A stretch of 62,446 bases of DNA, filler included, from Globobulimina sp. (GCA_003354225.1; 29 parts of 29 records of this genome joined end to end with filler, not necessarily neighbours in it); one strand, 5' to 3'; shown: positions 12,612 through 25,521, counted from the whole stretch's first letter. Program-made: numbers and translations. The notes: generated by a model not told the origin, from the sequence alone.

Positions 12612-13114
12612 CTTTTCAATGACAAAATGTTTGCATTTCAATGCATTTTGGTTTGATTCAATATGAATGCAACAATTTTTCAACATTTTTACTAAGTCAT
12701 TCGTTATCCGTAGAACTAAACCATTAAAACGATCAGCGATAAACACTTTGGATTAGGCAGAAATATTCGTTTTTTTTTTAAGTCAACAAGGATAGTTATA
12801 CAAGAACGGTCACTTTATTCATCAGATTTTTTCTCTTTTTTCTCTTTCNNNNNNNNNNNNNNNNNNNNNNNNNNNNNNNNNNNNNNNNNNNNTTAATTAA
12901 TTAANNNNNNNNNNNNNNNNNNNNNNNNNNNNNNNNNNNNNNNNNNNNTTTTCGTCTCCTTCCATTTCGGTTTAACCTTATATTTTTTGATCAATTCTTT
13001 CTCGGATAATTTAAGTAAATCTGTTTTTCTCAGTGGAGCAGCCATTAATGGCCCAATATGAGCTAAGCTTTAATAAAAAGTTTTTGCTTTCTTTATTCTT
13101 TCACTTTTTGGATA

Positions 13115-15006
13115 ATGTCACAACCGCAAAAAAAACGTAAAAGCAATCTACTCAAAAAATGGTTTGATAAGAAATCCACCAAAATCACAGAATGTGACTC
13201 GAACAATATTCCAAAATGTGCTTCAATCCACAGAATTGGTATTATTTTATCATATTATCATAAATGGTTAAAATTGAGTAAAAAAGACAAATTAAACTGT
13301 GGAATGTATGAATTCCTTCATTCCGGAACCAAAGCAACAAAATCAAAAAAAGCAAATTGCAAAAACACCAGCAATAATAACAATAATTTTAATTATTCCT
13401 CCATCAAATTACTCGATGATTACCATCATATTTTGTATGACCACGACAATGAGAATGAATTAGAAGCGATCTATGACTATTTATTAAGCAAATATTTGTC
13501 ATCAACCATTTGTAAAACAAAAACCTGCAAAATACTGATCCGCAACAATAGAGATCGATGGTTCTGTTCTATGAATAATGCAAAACGAATCGAACATTAT
13601 CAAGGCACCGACAACAATCAACACGTTTACATCTCGCAATTATGCGACCGAATACATTGCGCTTTGTTGCATTCATTTGACTGTGGATACAAATTAAATA
13701 AAAAGGATATAAATTTGATCCAAACCCAAACCCGAAAACATACGTTTTCTCGCAATCAAAAATTAAAATATATTCTCGATGTTATCATAAAACCAAAACG
13801 CAAAAAAATCCGCAAAATCCGAGGTTCGCAACGCTACAAAAACAACAAATTTATCTCATTTTATGAGCTGAATGACGAGAAAAAGGAAACTGACTCAGAC
13901 TCAGAGTCTGAGTCAGAATCTGAGGGTAAAACTGACGAAAAAAAGCAAGAAGACACCAAATATATCGAATATAGCTTTGGTTATCCATTTACATATTGGT
14001 CAGCACCGCAAAATGAATGGTATATCACCGCAAAATATAAAGATTTGCGGCGCGAAATTGTCAACAATGAGACACACAAAATCTCACTAAATCAGTTCCA
14101 TGATTGCTTGAAAAACGCCATCGATTTAGTAAACTGTAAAAAAGGCAAGAAATTGCGCTGTAAATACAGGAATTTGCAGTTTGAAGAGATTGGCATCGAA
14201 GTTGGGAGCACCATTCACATCGACCACATTTTAGCGATATTATTCATTACAAATTATGATAATTTATACTCAAAATTTCTAGCAACGTTTAAAAAAGCAA
14301 ACGAGTTCGAAAGTAATTCAGATTTAATTGCAAGACATTGGGAATTCCACCATTTAGCAAAGTTATTATTTGAATTGATCCATTTGTATGGTCAGAATGA
14401 TACGGATATGGACAGTGATAACGGCGTGATATGTTATCACGGCTTCGATCAACAGCAAATATTTCAAGACACGTTCATTAGATTCGATATGTTGACGTCG
14501 ACCACATTGAACTTGAATGTCGCGCTGAATTATTCGAATGGGATGGGACTAATGTTAGCTTTATATAATTACAAATCGGATGGAATGTACTTTGATTGTC
14601 GATGGCTGAGCGACTTCAGCGCAGAATACGAGAACATATTCGTTCAAAATGAGTTTAAATTCAAATCCATATTAAATATGACATTGTACCATGACTATGA
14701 GTGGTATTTGCATGTATTGAATGTACTGAAATTAATGTTTAACGGCATGTGCACGAACGACAACATATTGAATGAGAAAATGTATGTGTTTTTGCACAAA
14801 TTGTTCAATGAGAAGATCACGCAAAACATAGATAAAAGTGATACGGAAGAAGCTATTTTTGGCACTGGATTTGTGAGCAACGAGGCGGAGGAAAAGGAGG
14901 TTGTGGATAACGAGAATGAGGACGAAATACCTTTGTATGTGGTTGAGTTATTTAAGAAATATTGCAATGACAAATATAGATTGATTTTGAATATTTGGTC
15001 TAGATC
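13115..15006 (+). CDS. Large protein with a putative mono-ADP-ribosyltransferase-like domain, 3'-truncated
   Basis: Ordered motifs YHG (14435-14443), STT (14498-14506) and SDFSAEYE (to 14632). Confidence 0.55.
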
Positions 15007-15106
15007 NNNNNNNNNNNNNNNNNNNNNNNNNNNNNNNNNNNNNNNNNNNNTTAATTAATTAANNNNNNNNNNNNNNNNNNNNNNNNNNNNNNNNNNNNNN
15101 NNNNNN

Positions 15107-15571
15107 CTCTGCCATGACACGCATGCTCCACAAATATAACAATCAAATTAATTATGTAACGTGAAAATGCAGTACATCAAACTGCATCTTTATCACGTTA
15201 CAATATTACAAATTATAATAATTAAATTGGGAAGAATTTGGAATAGAAAGGAAAGAGGATGAATTTTTGGATTATTATGATGATGGCGCAGTGCATCCCC
15301 ATCATCACAACAACAAACCACAAAATTAAAAAGAAAAAAGAAAAAAAAATGAACGAAATGATGGTGGTCCTGGCAGACCACGAATTAAATGGAAAAATTG
15401 AAAAAAAAATGAAGATAAAGACGGTGGTCTGTGATCACCACGAACATGATTCCCAATTTAATTATTATAATTTGTAATTGTAACGTGATAAAGATGCAGT
15501 TTGATATACTGCATTTTCACACATAATTAATTTGATTGTTGTACTTGTGGAGCATGCGTGTCATAGCAGAG
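15107..15571. repeat. Long imperfect inverted repeat (about 125-bp arms at 15107-15232 and 15449-15571)
   Basis: CTCTGCCATGACACGCATGCTCCACAA...TAAATTGGGAA is mirrored by TTCCCAATTTA...TTGTGGAGCATGCGTGTCATAGCAGAG, with several substitutions and indels. Confidence 0.9.
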
Positions 15572-15629
15572 GCTCGTGTTTAATTAAATAATTAAATATA
15601 TAATCCATTAATCCATATCCATTCCATCT

Positions 15630-15703
15630 CATCACCGTAGGATTCGAACCTATTTGGTTTGCAATCCATGCAACCAATGCTCTACCAATTGAGCTAGGCG
15701 GTC
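15630..15703 (-). pseudogene. tRNA-like element (tRNA pseudogene or SINE head)
   Basis: Minus strand has A-box TAGCTCAATTGGTAGAGC and B-box GGTTCGAATCC. Acceptor stem is imperfect (about 5/7) and the anticodon arm is abnormal. Confidence 0.7.
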
Positions 15704-16870
15704 GTTTTTCTTATTTGTTGCATTTATCATTTTTGAAAAAGTAAATCTGATGAAGCAATTTTAGATTGCTTTGAATCAGTTTCATATGAATTTAATACTG
15801 AATTGGGTTAAATTCATTAATGGAAAACAGATTCAAAGTTAATTGCCAGACTAAAGCGTAAGTGCCATGTAATTAACTTTGAAAGTATTAGCACTCAGAA
15901 AAAAGTTAGTTAGCACTAGTCTAATCATCTTCTTTTCTAAGCATATACGACTCGCGCTGTGATTGGAAGATTCGACTTCGCTGTGATTAGAAATTGTGAA
16001 TGTGGACACTTTTAAATACCAATTATATAATCAAAAAACATTAGAACTGTGGTAGCAGCGAATTAGCGTTGCTATTTATATTCGATTCGTGTAATCAATG
16101 AACAAGGACCCTTTCTACCATTTAAATACACAAAATATACTCGAATATACATGGTATAAAATAAAAATACGGCATGGCAATCAAATCCATTTAAATGCCC
16201 GTCATTACAAACTGCCTTAGCTATGAATATGAATATGAGTGATGATTATAAATTATTTATAATATTCTCGTAAAATCACCACAAATCAACAACAATCCGT
16301 TTACCACAATTACAAGAATAAAGCGATCGACTTTGGCTCCTCGACAATGCAAAAAAACACACTCATATCATACATAAGCATCGTAGGTGGCCACTCTTTG
16401 CATGTTCACTGACGCAGTTTGACGGTCATATCACTGCACTGCACTCTTTTTGAGGGAGGGAGCTCGACGTTGTGTGTTGAGTCAGTGTGGCCTGTCTTGG
16501 AGTGATTGGTTATTGCCGACATATTACAGTCCCTCGAGCTACACCGATGCGGTATGCTCGCTGCACAAATACCAAAATCATAATCATTATAGTTTGAAAC
16601 TCGAAAACAAGGCACCATCTTATTGAGAACCTGCAAATATTAATGGCTGCGATCATTATTACAATGAAACATTCACAATTTCCAATCACAGCACATCACA
16701 GCCGTATAATTTGAGTGTATATGCTTAGAAACGACAATTAAATTTAATTAATATATACAAATTTGTTTATGTTTGTTGTTTAAAACCGTAAGCAATCTAG
16801 TCTGAGTGTTTAGCGGTTGCTGCACTGCGATCTATTTCAATCACAACAAACCGACACAAACAAGAAAAAC

Positions 16871-17164
16871 ATGGGACAATGCCACACAAAACAATCCATA
16901 TCCACTGATGAACAGACACAAGAAAACAAAGCAAATTCAGTACCAACAACAGAATCAAATGAAACGAGTCCTAACAAAGCAAACAAGCAAAACGATGATG
17001 CATCCAAACCAGTGATCGATTTTGATATTTTTTTAGAGAATAAAGCCAATGAAATGGATAATGAGAGCGATGAATGTATGCATAAAGTCAATGACTGCCA
17101 ACCAATAAAACGAGTGATTGCGGCGTTGATATATTATGAAATATTAAATGAGCGACAAACTGCG
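16871..17164 (+). CDS. N-terminal fragment of a probably lipid-anchored protein, likely the same family as 13115
   Basis: MGQC start (myristoylation/palmitoylation-like). CQPIKRVIAALIYY resembles CASIHRIGIILSYY of the 13115 ORF. Confidence 0.55.
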
Positions 17165-17264
17165 NNNNNNNNNNNNNNNNNNNNNNNNNNNNNNNNNNNN
17201 NNNNNNNNTTAATTAATTAANNNNNNNNNNNNNNNNNNNNNNNNNNNNNNNNNNNNNNNNNNNN

Positions 17265-18055
17265 CCACCGCCAATAAGAACCGTGTCTGGTTTGGATTGC
17301 ATGCAAAGCGAAGCAGCTTCGCATCTGCTTTTATTCAGATTTGCTATTTGTACACATTCATGTTTGTCAATGTCCAAAATCTCGCAGAATTTGCCACATT
17401 TTCCACCTAAAACATACAATTTGGAGTCTTGGCAGAAACACAGCGAAGACAAAGCGTGTGGCACAGATAACTGTGTCCGCATAAAGTCGTATTGCATCGC
17501 ATTTGTATCCAATGTGACGATCTTTGTTATATCTTTCGAGCCGGCAAAGCAATATATTTTATATTGGTGCTGATTGTAAATAATTTGTGGATTGTCTTTG
17601 TATACAAATGGTGGCAAATTAATGTGATATCCAAGGTCAGGCTCATCGGAGTTGAATACAATTCCATTGCATTCATCTGTGAGTTGGCCATCTTTGTAAC
17701 CACCGATTCTTATTAATATGTTCCATTTGAATGGGTTTACATAAGGTTGCGACTCCAATGCTACTTCGATTGATTCTGGCAATTGGATATTTGTGATGAT
17801 GTCACGACCACCCTTCGTGACATACGGTGTCTTATTTTGTATTTTTAGAGTGCTCAAACTGTTTGAATTTAAATTAAACATAGAAATGGTGGAATTGTCC
17901 ATCAGTTCCGGAGATATGGCCATTAATAATAAATATTTATCTCTGTAAAGATAGTACGACCGAATGAGGTTTACAATTGCTTTTGGCAGCACTTTATTCA
18001 ACGATAAACCACAGATTATCAAAGCAATATAATCAATGAGTGCATGCACTGACAT
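17265..18055 (-). CDS. Kelch-repeat-like protein, 3'-truncated
   Basis: Repeated GG blades (IRIGGY, LYVLGG..CEILD, VLIGG) and an N-terminal LPKAIVNLIRSYY F-box-like helix. Confidence 0.75.
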
Positions 18056-18135
18056 GATATAGAGTTTGCTAGTTCAACTTTTCAACTTAAAAACTTTTCA
18101 ATATAGTCAGCAGTGCAGAAAAAAAATAAAACAGC

Positions 18136-19321
18136 ATGACAACCCTAATGGACACAGTAGCCACCATTGTGCATAATGAAACTATACAATATTTGCAACA
18201 AGAAAATGTCATACTGAATGATGAACAAATCAAATTTATCAATGAAATCAGCTTAACCTTAAAAGATTTATGTAATATGAATATAGAATCAGATTTGGGC
18301 CATTTTGCTGAATTTTGTCAACAATTAAACTTATCAATTGGCTCAAAAATAAAACTAAAATCAGCTATAATTAAGTTACAAGAACAGAAGCAACAAAAAC
18401 TAATATCATCACAGAACACCTCTAAATTGGATGTATTAATATCAATGGGCTTTGACCAACAAAAGGCACAAATAGCATTAACTATGAATGACAATGACAT
18501 TACCAAAGCTGCACAATTATTGACCGCACCGCAATTGCAACCGCTCTGTAACAAAGATGAAAAAAAGGATATTGAAATGGATGAAGCTAAGGTGGAAGAT
18601 CCGAATTTGCAGACTTTGATGGCAATGGGGTTCAATAAACAGAATTCAATGATTGCATTGGAACTTAATCGAAACGACATTAGTAAAGCTATAGAAACGT
18701 TAACCAGTGGCAGTATATCTACATTTGTATCCGAACAAATCACATCAAACACTGAATGTAAGTATGTGGAGAAAATGACTGTTGCATTGATTGGGGATTC
18801 AGGTGTTGGCAAATCATGCATTTTAACGAGATTTATGGATGATAGGTTTGATGAAATAGCAGCAGAAACACTTGGTGTTGACCATAGAGAGAAGGCAATG
18901 AATATAATAGATACAAATATTAAATTGAGAGTGCTGGATACTGCGGGTCAAGAAAGATTTGCTTCCATTGCGAGTTGGTATTATCGGGTATCGCATGCTT
19001 TCATTGTTGTGTATGATATAACGGATAAACAAAGTTTTTTACATTTGGACGTTTGGATGAAGAGATTAAATAAGAAAGCATGTGATTTAGCAAAACGCTT
19101 TGTTGTTGGCACAAAAATTGATTTACAAAACCAACAAGTGATCTCATTTGAATCAGCGAAGCAATATACAGAGTCAAAGAATTTCAGATATTGCGAAGTG
19201 AGTGCTAAATCAGGAAGGAATATTAATCAGTTATTCACGACTGTTGTGCTGTATGTGTTGCGAGATAATGTTGTTAGTAAATTCAAACAGAATAATAAAT
19301 CAAAGGATGTAATACATTTAA
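18136..19321 (+). CDS. Rab-family GTPase with N-terminal SAM-like and two UBA domains, 3'-truncated
   Basis: GDSGVGKS, TLGVD, DTAGQERF, GTKID, SAK. Two UBA motifs: LISMGF..ALTMNDNDI..A and LMAMGF..ALELNRNDI..A. Confidence 0.88.
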
Positions 19322-19421
19322 NNNNNNNNNNNNNNNNNNNNNNNNNNNNNNNNNNNNNNNNNNNNTTAATTAATTAANNNNNNNNNNNNNNNNNNNNNNN
19401 NNNNNNNNNNNNNNNNNNNNN

Positions 19422-21478
19422 ACGAAGGAAAATATGATATTAGTGGTGAATCAGAAGAAATTATCACGCAAATACGTGGATGTTAAGAAACAACAGCGGT
19501 ATTTATTTGGCGAATATCAGAGCTTATTGCGGTATTTGATGGAGATTGAACAGTATTTATTTGATAAATTATTGTCTCTGCAGAGTAAAAACGATAATTT
19601 ATGCATATTTATAGCTGGCGTATTATCCAAGATATCGGATAAAATGATGCCGTTGGAACAGTATAGAAATATTGAGATTGAATGTAAATCGTTGTATGAA
19701 ACAAAGCAATATTTATTAGCTATGGTGGATAAATTTGAATCGCATTCTGTGGAATATTTTAAATGTAAACGAGATAATATAACATTGCATAATAAATTGA
19801 TCGAAATGGAAGGGAAAAAAGAGGAAATGGTCGAAGTTATTTACAATGCTGAATTAGAGTGCGATGCTCATGAAAATAAATATAAATCATCCATCAGAAT
19901 GACAGAGCACGAGATGGAAAAACGAGGCAGAAAATTTGAATATGCGATGAATGAAATCAAAGAAATGGAGCAATATTCGGCAATGTTATATGAACAAATT
20001 AATGGATTACGAGCAAACTGTTTGGATCAAACCAAAACGATCAGTGATTTGGAGAAGAAATTAAATAGTTATTGCGAGTTGGAGCAGTATGATACATTAG
20101 AACGGAAATACGAGAAATTGAGTATTGAATATAAGAAGAAATTGAGTGAAATTGAACAGTTTAAACAGAAAACAGAGTTTGCTGTATCATCATTGCAGAC
20201 GTTACAAAGTAAAATAATATCGACATTTGATATTGGTATTGATGGCGATGTCGAGTTGGAGGGAAATAAAATTGGAAATATATTAAAAAAAACACAGGAT
20301 ATTAATAATAAATTTGCATTGCACGAACAGACCGTGAAATCCTTGAAAGATAAGGTATGTAGTTTTGAAGTGGAGATATTAAAAAAAGATCAAAAATATA
20401 ACGATTTACAAATGAAATATTTTAACATTGAGAAATCCAAAAGATTTCTAGAAGCCAATTTTAATTGCATTTATTCCAAAACTCTGCATAAAATCTCCAG
20501 TAAATATTTATCAGAAATTGATAGTTTACGCAGTAAAAACGAAGAGTTGTATGAATATTTGCACGCGGAACAAATCAAAACAAAGCACATTTATGCGGAT
20601 ATGAACAATCATAAAACCATTATTGAATCATTTCAAATCAAGATTGAAAATTTGAATAATTTGATCAAACAATATGAGATCACCGGTGATAAGGACACCG
20701 ATGAAAGCAATAAATATTTGAAAAACTGGCAGAATAAATGCACAAATTTAGAAATTAAGCAAATTGAATTGGTGAACAACAATGAATCGTTGCAGAATGA
20801 AATACAATTTTTGAGGAATGAGAATAAAAAATATTTGCTCAATATTGGCTCACTACAAAAGCAATTATCTGTTTCTAACCAGGAACTGCAAAATACCAAA
20901 CACGAAATTGTTAAAAAATACGAAATGAACCAAGTTCAACAAAGTTTGATGGAGCACATTGCTGTTGAGACTGAGACAAAATATGTCCAGACTGCGATGC
21001 AGTGCATGGTTGAAAATGGAAAAGAAGAAAGAAATGAAAATGCATCGCAGCATTGCAATAAATTACAAGCAAAAATTGTATCCCTGCAACAATTAATTGC
21101 CGCGTTACAAAATGAATCGGCGAATACAGAGAAAAAAGTGTCTGCAGCCACGGAGGGGTTACAATTTATGTTGAAAACAGCGCAAGACACAATTCATAGT
21201 TTACAGACATTAATTTCACAAAAAAATGAATCTGTTGAAGAATACAAGAATATGATTAATAAGTTACTGAGTAAAATAAAAGAGCAACAAAAGAAGTATA
21301 CGTTACATATTAATGCATTGAAATTAAAATATCAAACCAATATGAAAGAAAATGACGAGATGATAATAGCACAGATACAAAATGGCAGAGCCAATGAGAA
21401 TATCAATAGTGGCTGGATCGAAATGTCGCAGATCAAAACTACGTTGGCAGAGAAAGTAAATGTTGTAAAGAGATTGAC
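19422..21478 (+). CDS. Long coiled-coil protein, truncated at both ends
   Basis: Open frame spans the contig; E/K/Q/L heptad-rich and almost free of Pro. Confidence 0.75.
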
Positions 21479-21578
21479 NNNNNNNNNNNNNNNNNNNNNN
21501 NNNNNNNNNNNNNNNNNNNNNNTTAATTAATTAANNNNNNNNNNNNNNNNNNNNNNNNNNNNNNNNNNNNNNNNNNNN

Positions 21579-21883
21579 TGAAATATTATGAAATTTGTGA
21601 TAAATAATTCAAAATGGGCGGGGATACAAAATATTAGTAATATTTTGAGGTTCTTATTGCTGCGGTTTGCGTTATGTTGGATTGAATGTAATTGTGTTGG
21701 TTCAAAATATGATAAAATAACCTCATATATTCCTAATATACAAAGCAGTGAATGTAAGTATAAGACATATTTACCATATTTCACATTATGTGGGTATAAT
21801 TTAGCAAATTGTAAGGATGATATCCATGATAATGCACCAAATACAATTGCAAATATATATTCTTCAAACGCCGAATGAAGCAT
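21579..21883 (-). CDS. Membrane protein N-terminal fragment
   Basis: Three hydrophobic segments; divergent from the PPPDE gene. Confidence 0.5.
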
Positions 21884-21936
21884 GATTTTATATGTTGTTG
21901 GATACTTTATAGAAAACTTAAGTTTAAGTTGGAAGA

Positions 21937-23148
21937 ATGAGCAACAGACGATACAATTTGACAGTATTACTCAACGTATATGATCTACATCCATGCAACG
22001 GATGTTTATGGTATTTTGGATTGGGTTTATTTCATTGCGGTGTACAATTAAAATACGGAGACAACATAAATCGGCGCAGCAAAGAATATTCATATTTAGG
22101 CAACGCACTAACAGAATCCAGCGGAGTTTTTCATTGTGAGCCTAGACATACATTTGGCGCTAAACTTAGAACCACATTACAAATGGGAACGATACAAACA
22201 TCAAATAGAGAATTATCAGTCATCCTGGATAGGCTACGCACTCTGTATTTAGCCAAAGACTATGATATCCTCACAAAGTACGTGCATTCTTTTATTAATT
22301 CCACATTAATTTAACTTAATATTTGCTACAAAACTAGAAACTGCAATCATTTCTGTGATGAATTTGTTTACGAATTGACATCAACGCACATTGCATCATG
22401 GCTCAATAGAACCGCATCCATTGCTTCTTGTTGCAATTGTTGTATTCCTCAAAAATTTTATGACGCATTGGTTGAAATACAAACAAATTATAATCCAAAC
22501 CATGATAATCAGGGCCAACAATCGCCATCTTCCAGCAATAAATATGTATCATGGATTTATTCTAATTCATATTTAAAAGGAACAAAATGCAAAAAAAAAG
22601 GGAAGAAAATCCTCAAAAATGGGTCAATTCGACGCTGCAGCGTTGAGAGTCAAAGTGAGGATCATATAACAAACGGTGAGGATAATCAGGATAATGATAT
22701 TGCTGTTGATGATTATATGAATTATAAACATTCCGTAACTGTTATTGGTTTGAAACATGATGATGAAAAGGCAAAAATAGTTAAAATCCAACCACTTACG
22801 AATGCGAATGGTAATTTAGGAATAAATCCCTTGAATCAACATATTTTATTGACAAATATTCCCAAATTAAAAAACAAAAACGAACATGCAAACAATCGAT
22901 TGCATATTAAAAAATATAAAAATTCGAATGGGTTTAAAATGAGATTATCGGGGCCACAGAATTTGAATAATGTTGGTAATGTAGCATCAGATACGAGTGT
23001 GAGTGCAACAAATAGTAATAATAACAGTGACAATAATAATGACAATGAGAGTGTGAGTGAAACCTCAACAAATTGGGCCAATGCTTCATATCAACGATTA
23101 CCAAAAACACCAACATCTCAACAAAGTATTGATTCTATAGCTATTTAA
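21937..23148 (+). CDS. PPPDE/DeSI family (C97) deSUMOylase/deubiquitinase; intron 22278-22337
   Basis: LNVYDL, GLFHCGV (catalytic His), YDILTK-NCNHF (catalytic Cys, after splicing), WLNR. Confidence 0.92.
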
Positions 23149-23516
23149 TAGTATCAATTATCGATATCATGCTGTTGAGTATGCGTATACTTCTGAATTA
23201 AATTAATTTTTTTTTTCGCGTTAAATAATTTAAATTTATTCTTCAACCAACCAAGAAAGCCTGATCAGGCTCCATAACAGGATCACACCACAAATAATAA
23301 TCATGCATGTACATTTACAAAAAACTGAACTCACATTGTTTTTTAATTTATATTAAGTTTCTTTGTCAGCACTGTGCATCATGGCGCTCGACGAACGCTT
23401 TATGGTGAAATTAGTAAGTGATACTATTTCAACATTAAACAATAGAAAATTAAACGACCACAAACAACCAATTTTACAATACATCAAAGAGAATAAAATA
23501 ACAAAAAAAAGATTTC

Positions 23517-23635
23517 TGAAATATTATGAAATTTGTGATAAATAATTCAAAATGGGCGGGGATACAAAATATTAGTAATATTTTGAGGTTCTTATTGCTG
23601 CGGTTTGCGTTATGTTGGATTGAATGTAATTGTGT
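23517..23635 (+). repeat. Exact 119-bp direct repeat of the contig start (21579-21697)
   Basis: TGAAATATTATGAAATTTGTG...GAATGTAATTGTGT occurs at both ends of the contig. Confidence 0.95.
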
Positions 23636-23735
23636 NNNNNNNNNNNNNNNNNNNNNNNNNNNNNNNNNNNNNNNNNNNNTTAATTAATTAANNNNNNNNN
23701 NNNNNNNNNNNNNNNNNNNNNNNNNNNNNNNNNNN

Positions 23736-25435
23736 TCACATCGAATAAAATTGTGCAATCAGTATCAATATTAGTATCAATATACGCTGCCCGAAATTTG
23801 TATTGGTTTGCTTACAGAAAATACTATCAATTGCCACCTGGTCTATATTATATTTCCTGGAAGACCAAATCTATATTTTTTTATGTATCGTTATAATTAT
23901 TTATATTTTAAACAGGACCCAATGGATATCCATTTTTTGGAACAATTCTACAGCAAGCAAAAGATCGCCAATTTATGATAAATATGGCGAAAACATATGG
24001 TCCCATTACCTTTGCACCATTCATTGCTTCCTCGCATTGCGTTATTTTAAATTCCAGCAAATTGGTGAAACAATTATTGCCTCAAACATTATTTTTAAAT
24101 CGGGTGGAACAGTCAAATGCTGATCCATCAAAAACACCGCATCTTATGTCTGTGGGCCACAACACGCAACCATTAGTACTGTATGTTTGTTATATGTTTT
24201 TTAATTTGTTGTATATGTAATTATGTATTTGTTTGAAACGTATAGTGTGAATGGAGAAAAATGGAAACGTCGAAGGAAACATGTTCAGACAGTTAAATAA
24301 TTGATTTCGTTGCAATATACATATAAATATATATTCTATGTAGACATTGTTCCGTACCATGACAAGTGCATTTGTTTCAGATATACTTGGCATAGCCATT
24401 GATAATGAATTTAAACCTTTTTTAGATGAAATAATGAAGAAAAATAGTGTATGGTATCCGAGAAAAATGTGCGAATGGCTGGCATTAAATACAATATATC
24501 ATACATTATTTGGCGAACCAATCAAAAGAGATTGTTTATTATATAATAATATCATGTATTATGTGAATTCTTTGTTTAAATTTGCGCTTTGGAGCGCATT
24601 AGGAACTGAATTACCATTTATTAAGATATTTTTCCCCACAAAGTTTTCAGAAATAAGTAAAATGCGGACAGATAGAAATCAAACAATAAGAAAATTAATT
24701 CACTCAAAGAAAATAAGTAAACATAAAACATATATCGATTATACGCGTGATTTAGTTCGAGATGGTATGATGACGGCAGATGAAGAAATTGCAGATACAT
24801 TTTTATTATTTGCGGGTGGCACAGAAACAACGTCATCCACATTGGAGTTTGGCATTGTTTTGATTGCGAAACATGTGACTATCCAAGAAACGGTGAGAAA
24901 CGAATTATTGACAGTTATGAGAAATGGCGAATTTAATATTAAATTAGTTCATCAATGTCCATTGTTTCGCGCTTTGGTTCATGAGATATTAAGAATATCA
25001 TCAATCGTAAATTTGGGCGTAGTGCGTTGTTGTGAGAAAAGTATAAAATTAAATGTTGACGGTAAGGAATATGTAATACCAAAAAAAACAATAATTCGAA
25101 CAAATGTGGATTGGATTCATTTGCATAATAAACAAGGTGAGAAATGGAAAAATATTGATAATGATACAATATTTTTAGAAAATTTTTTAAGTGATGATGG
25201 CAAAAATCGATTTGTTAAAAATGAATCCTTCATCGCATTTGGTGTTGGTCGAAGAGACTGTGTCGGAAAAGGATTGGCAATGAAAGAAATACAAATTATT
25301 TTAGCATATTTATTGATTAATTATAAATTAACATTAGATAAAGAAATTGATAATGTATTAAATTATAGAAAACCAACTAATGCGACCACAGTGTTCATTG
25401 ATCCAGCCATTGGCGTCAAAATACAACCATTGTAA
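23736..25435 (+). CDS. Cytochrome P450, 5'-truncated; introns 23841-23915, 24181-24245, 24292-24343
   Basis: LPPGP hinge, WKRRR C-helix, AGGTETT, EILR, heme motif FGVGRRDCVG. Confidence 0.95.
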
Positions 25436-25521
25436 CTGACTATTTTTTTGTCTGTATAGATTCTGTATACCCTCGCACTCAGTGCACAATTTTTTTAAGT
25501 CAATAAAATAATTACTGAAAA

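Noticed and set aside
15948-15995. Tandem duplication CGACT..CGCTGTGATT.GAA
   Set aside because: Two imperfect copies with no spacer; an ordinary local duplication, not an array.
16380-16640. GC-richer segment and 76-aa minus-strand ORF
   Set aside because: Stops in the plus frames and no recognisable motif; cannot be assigned.
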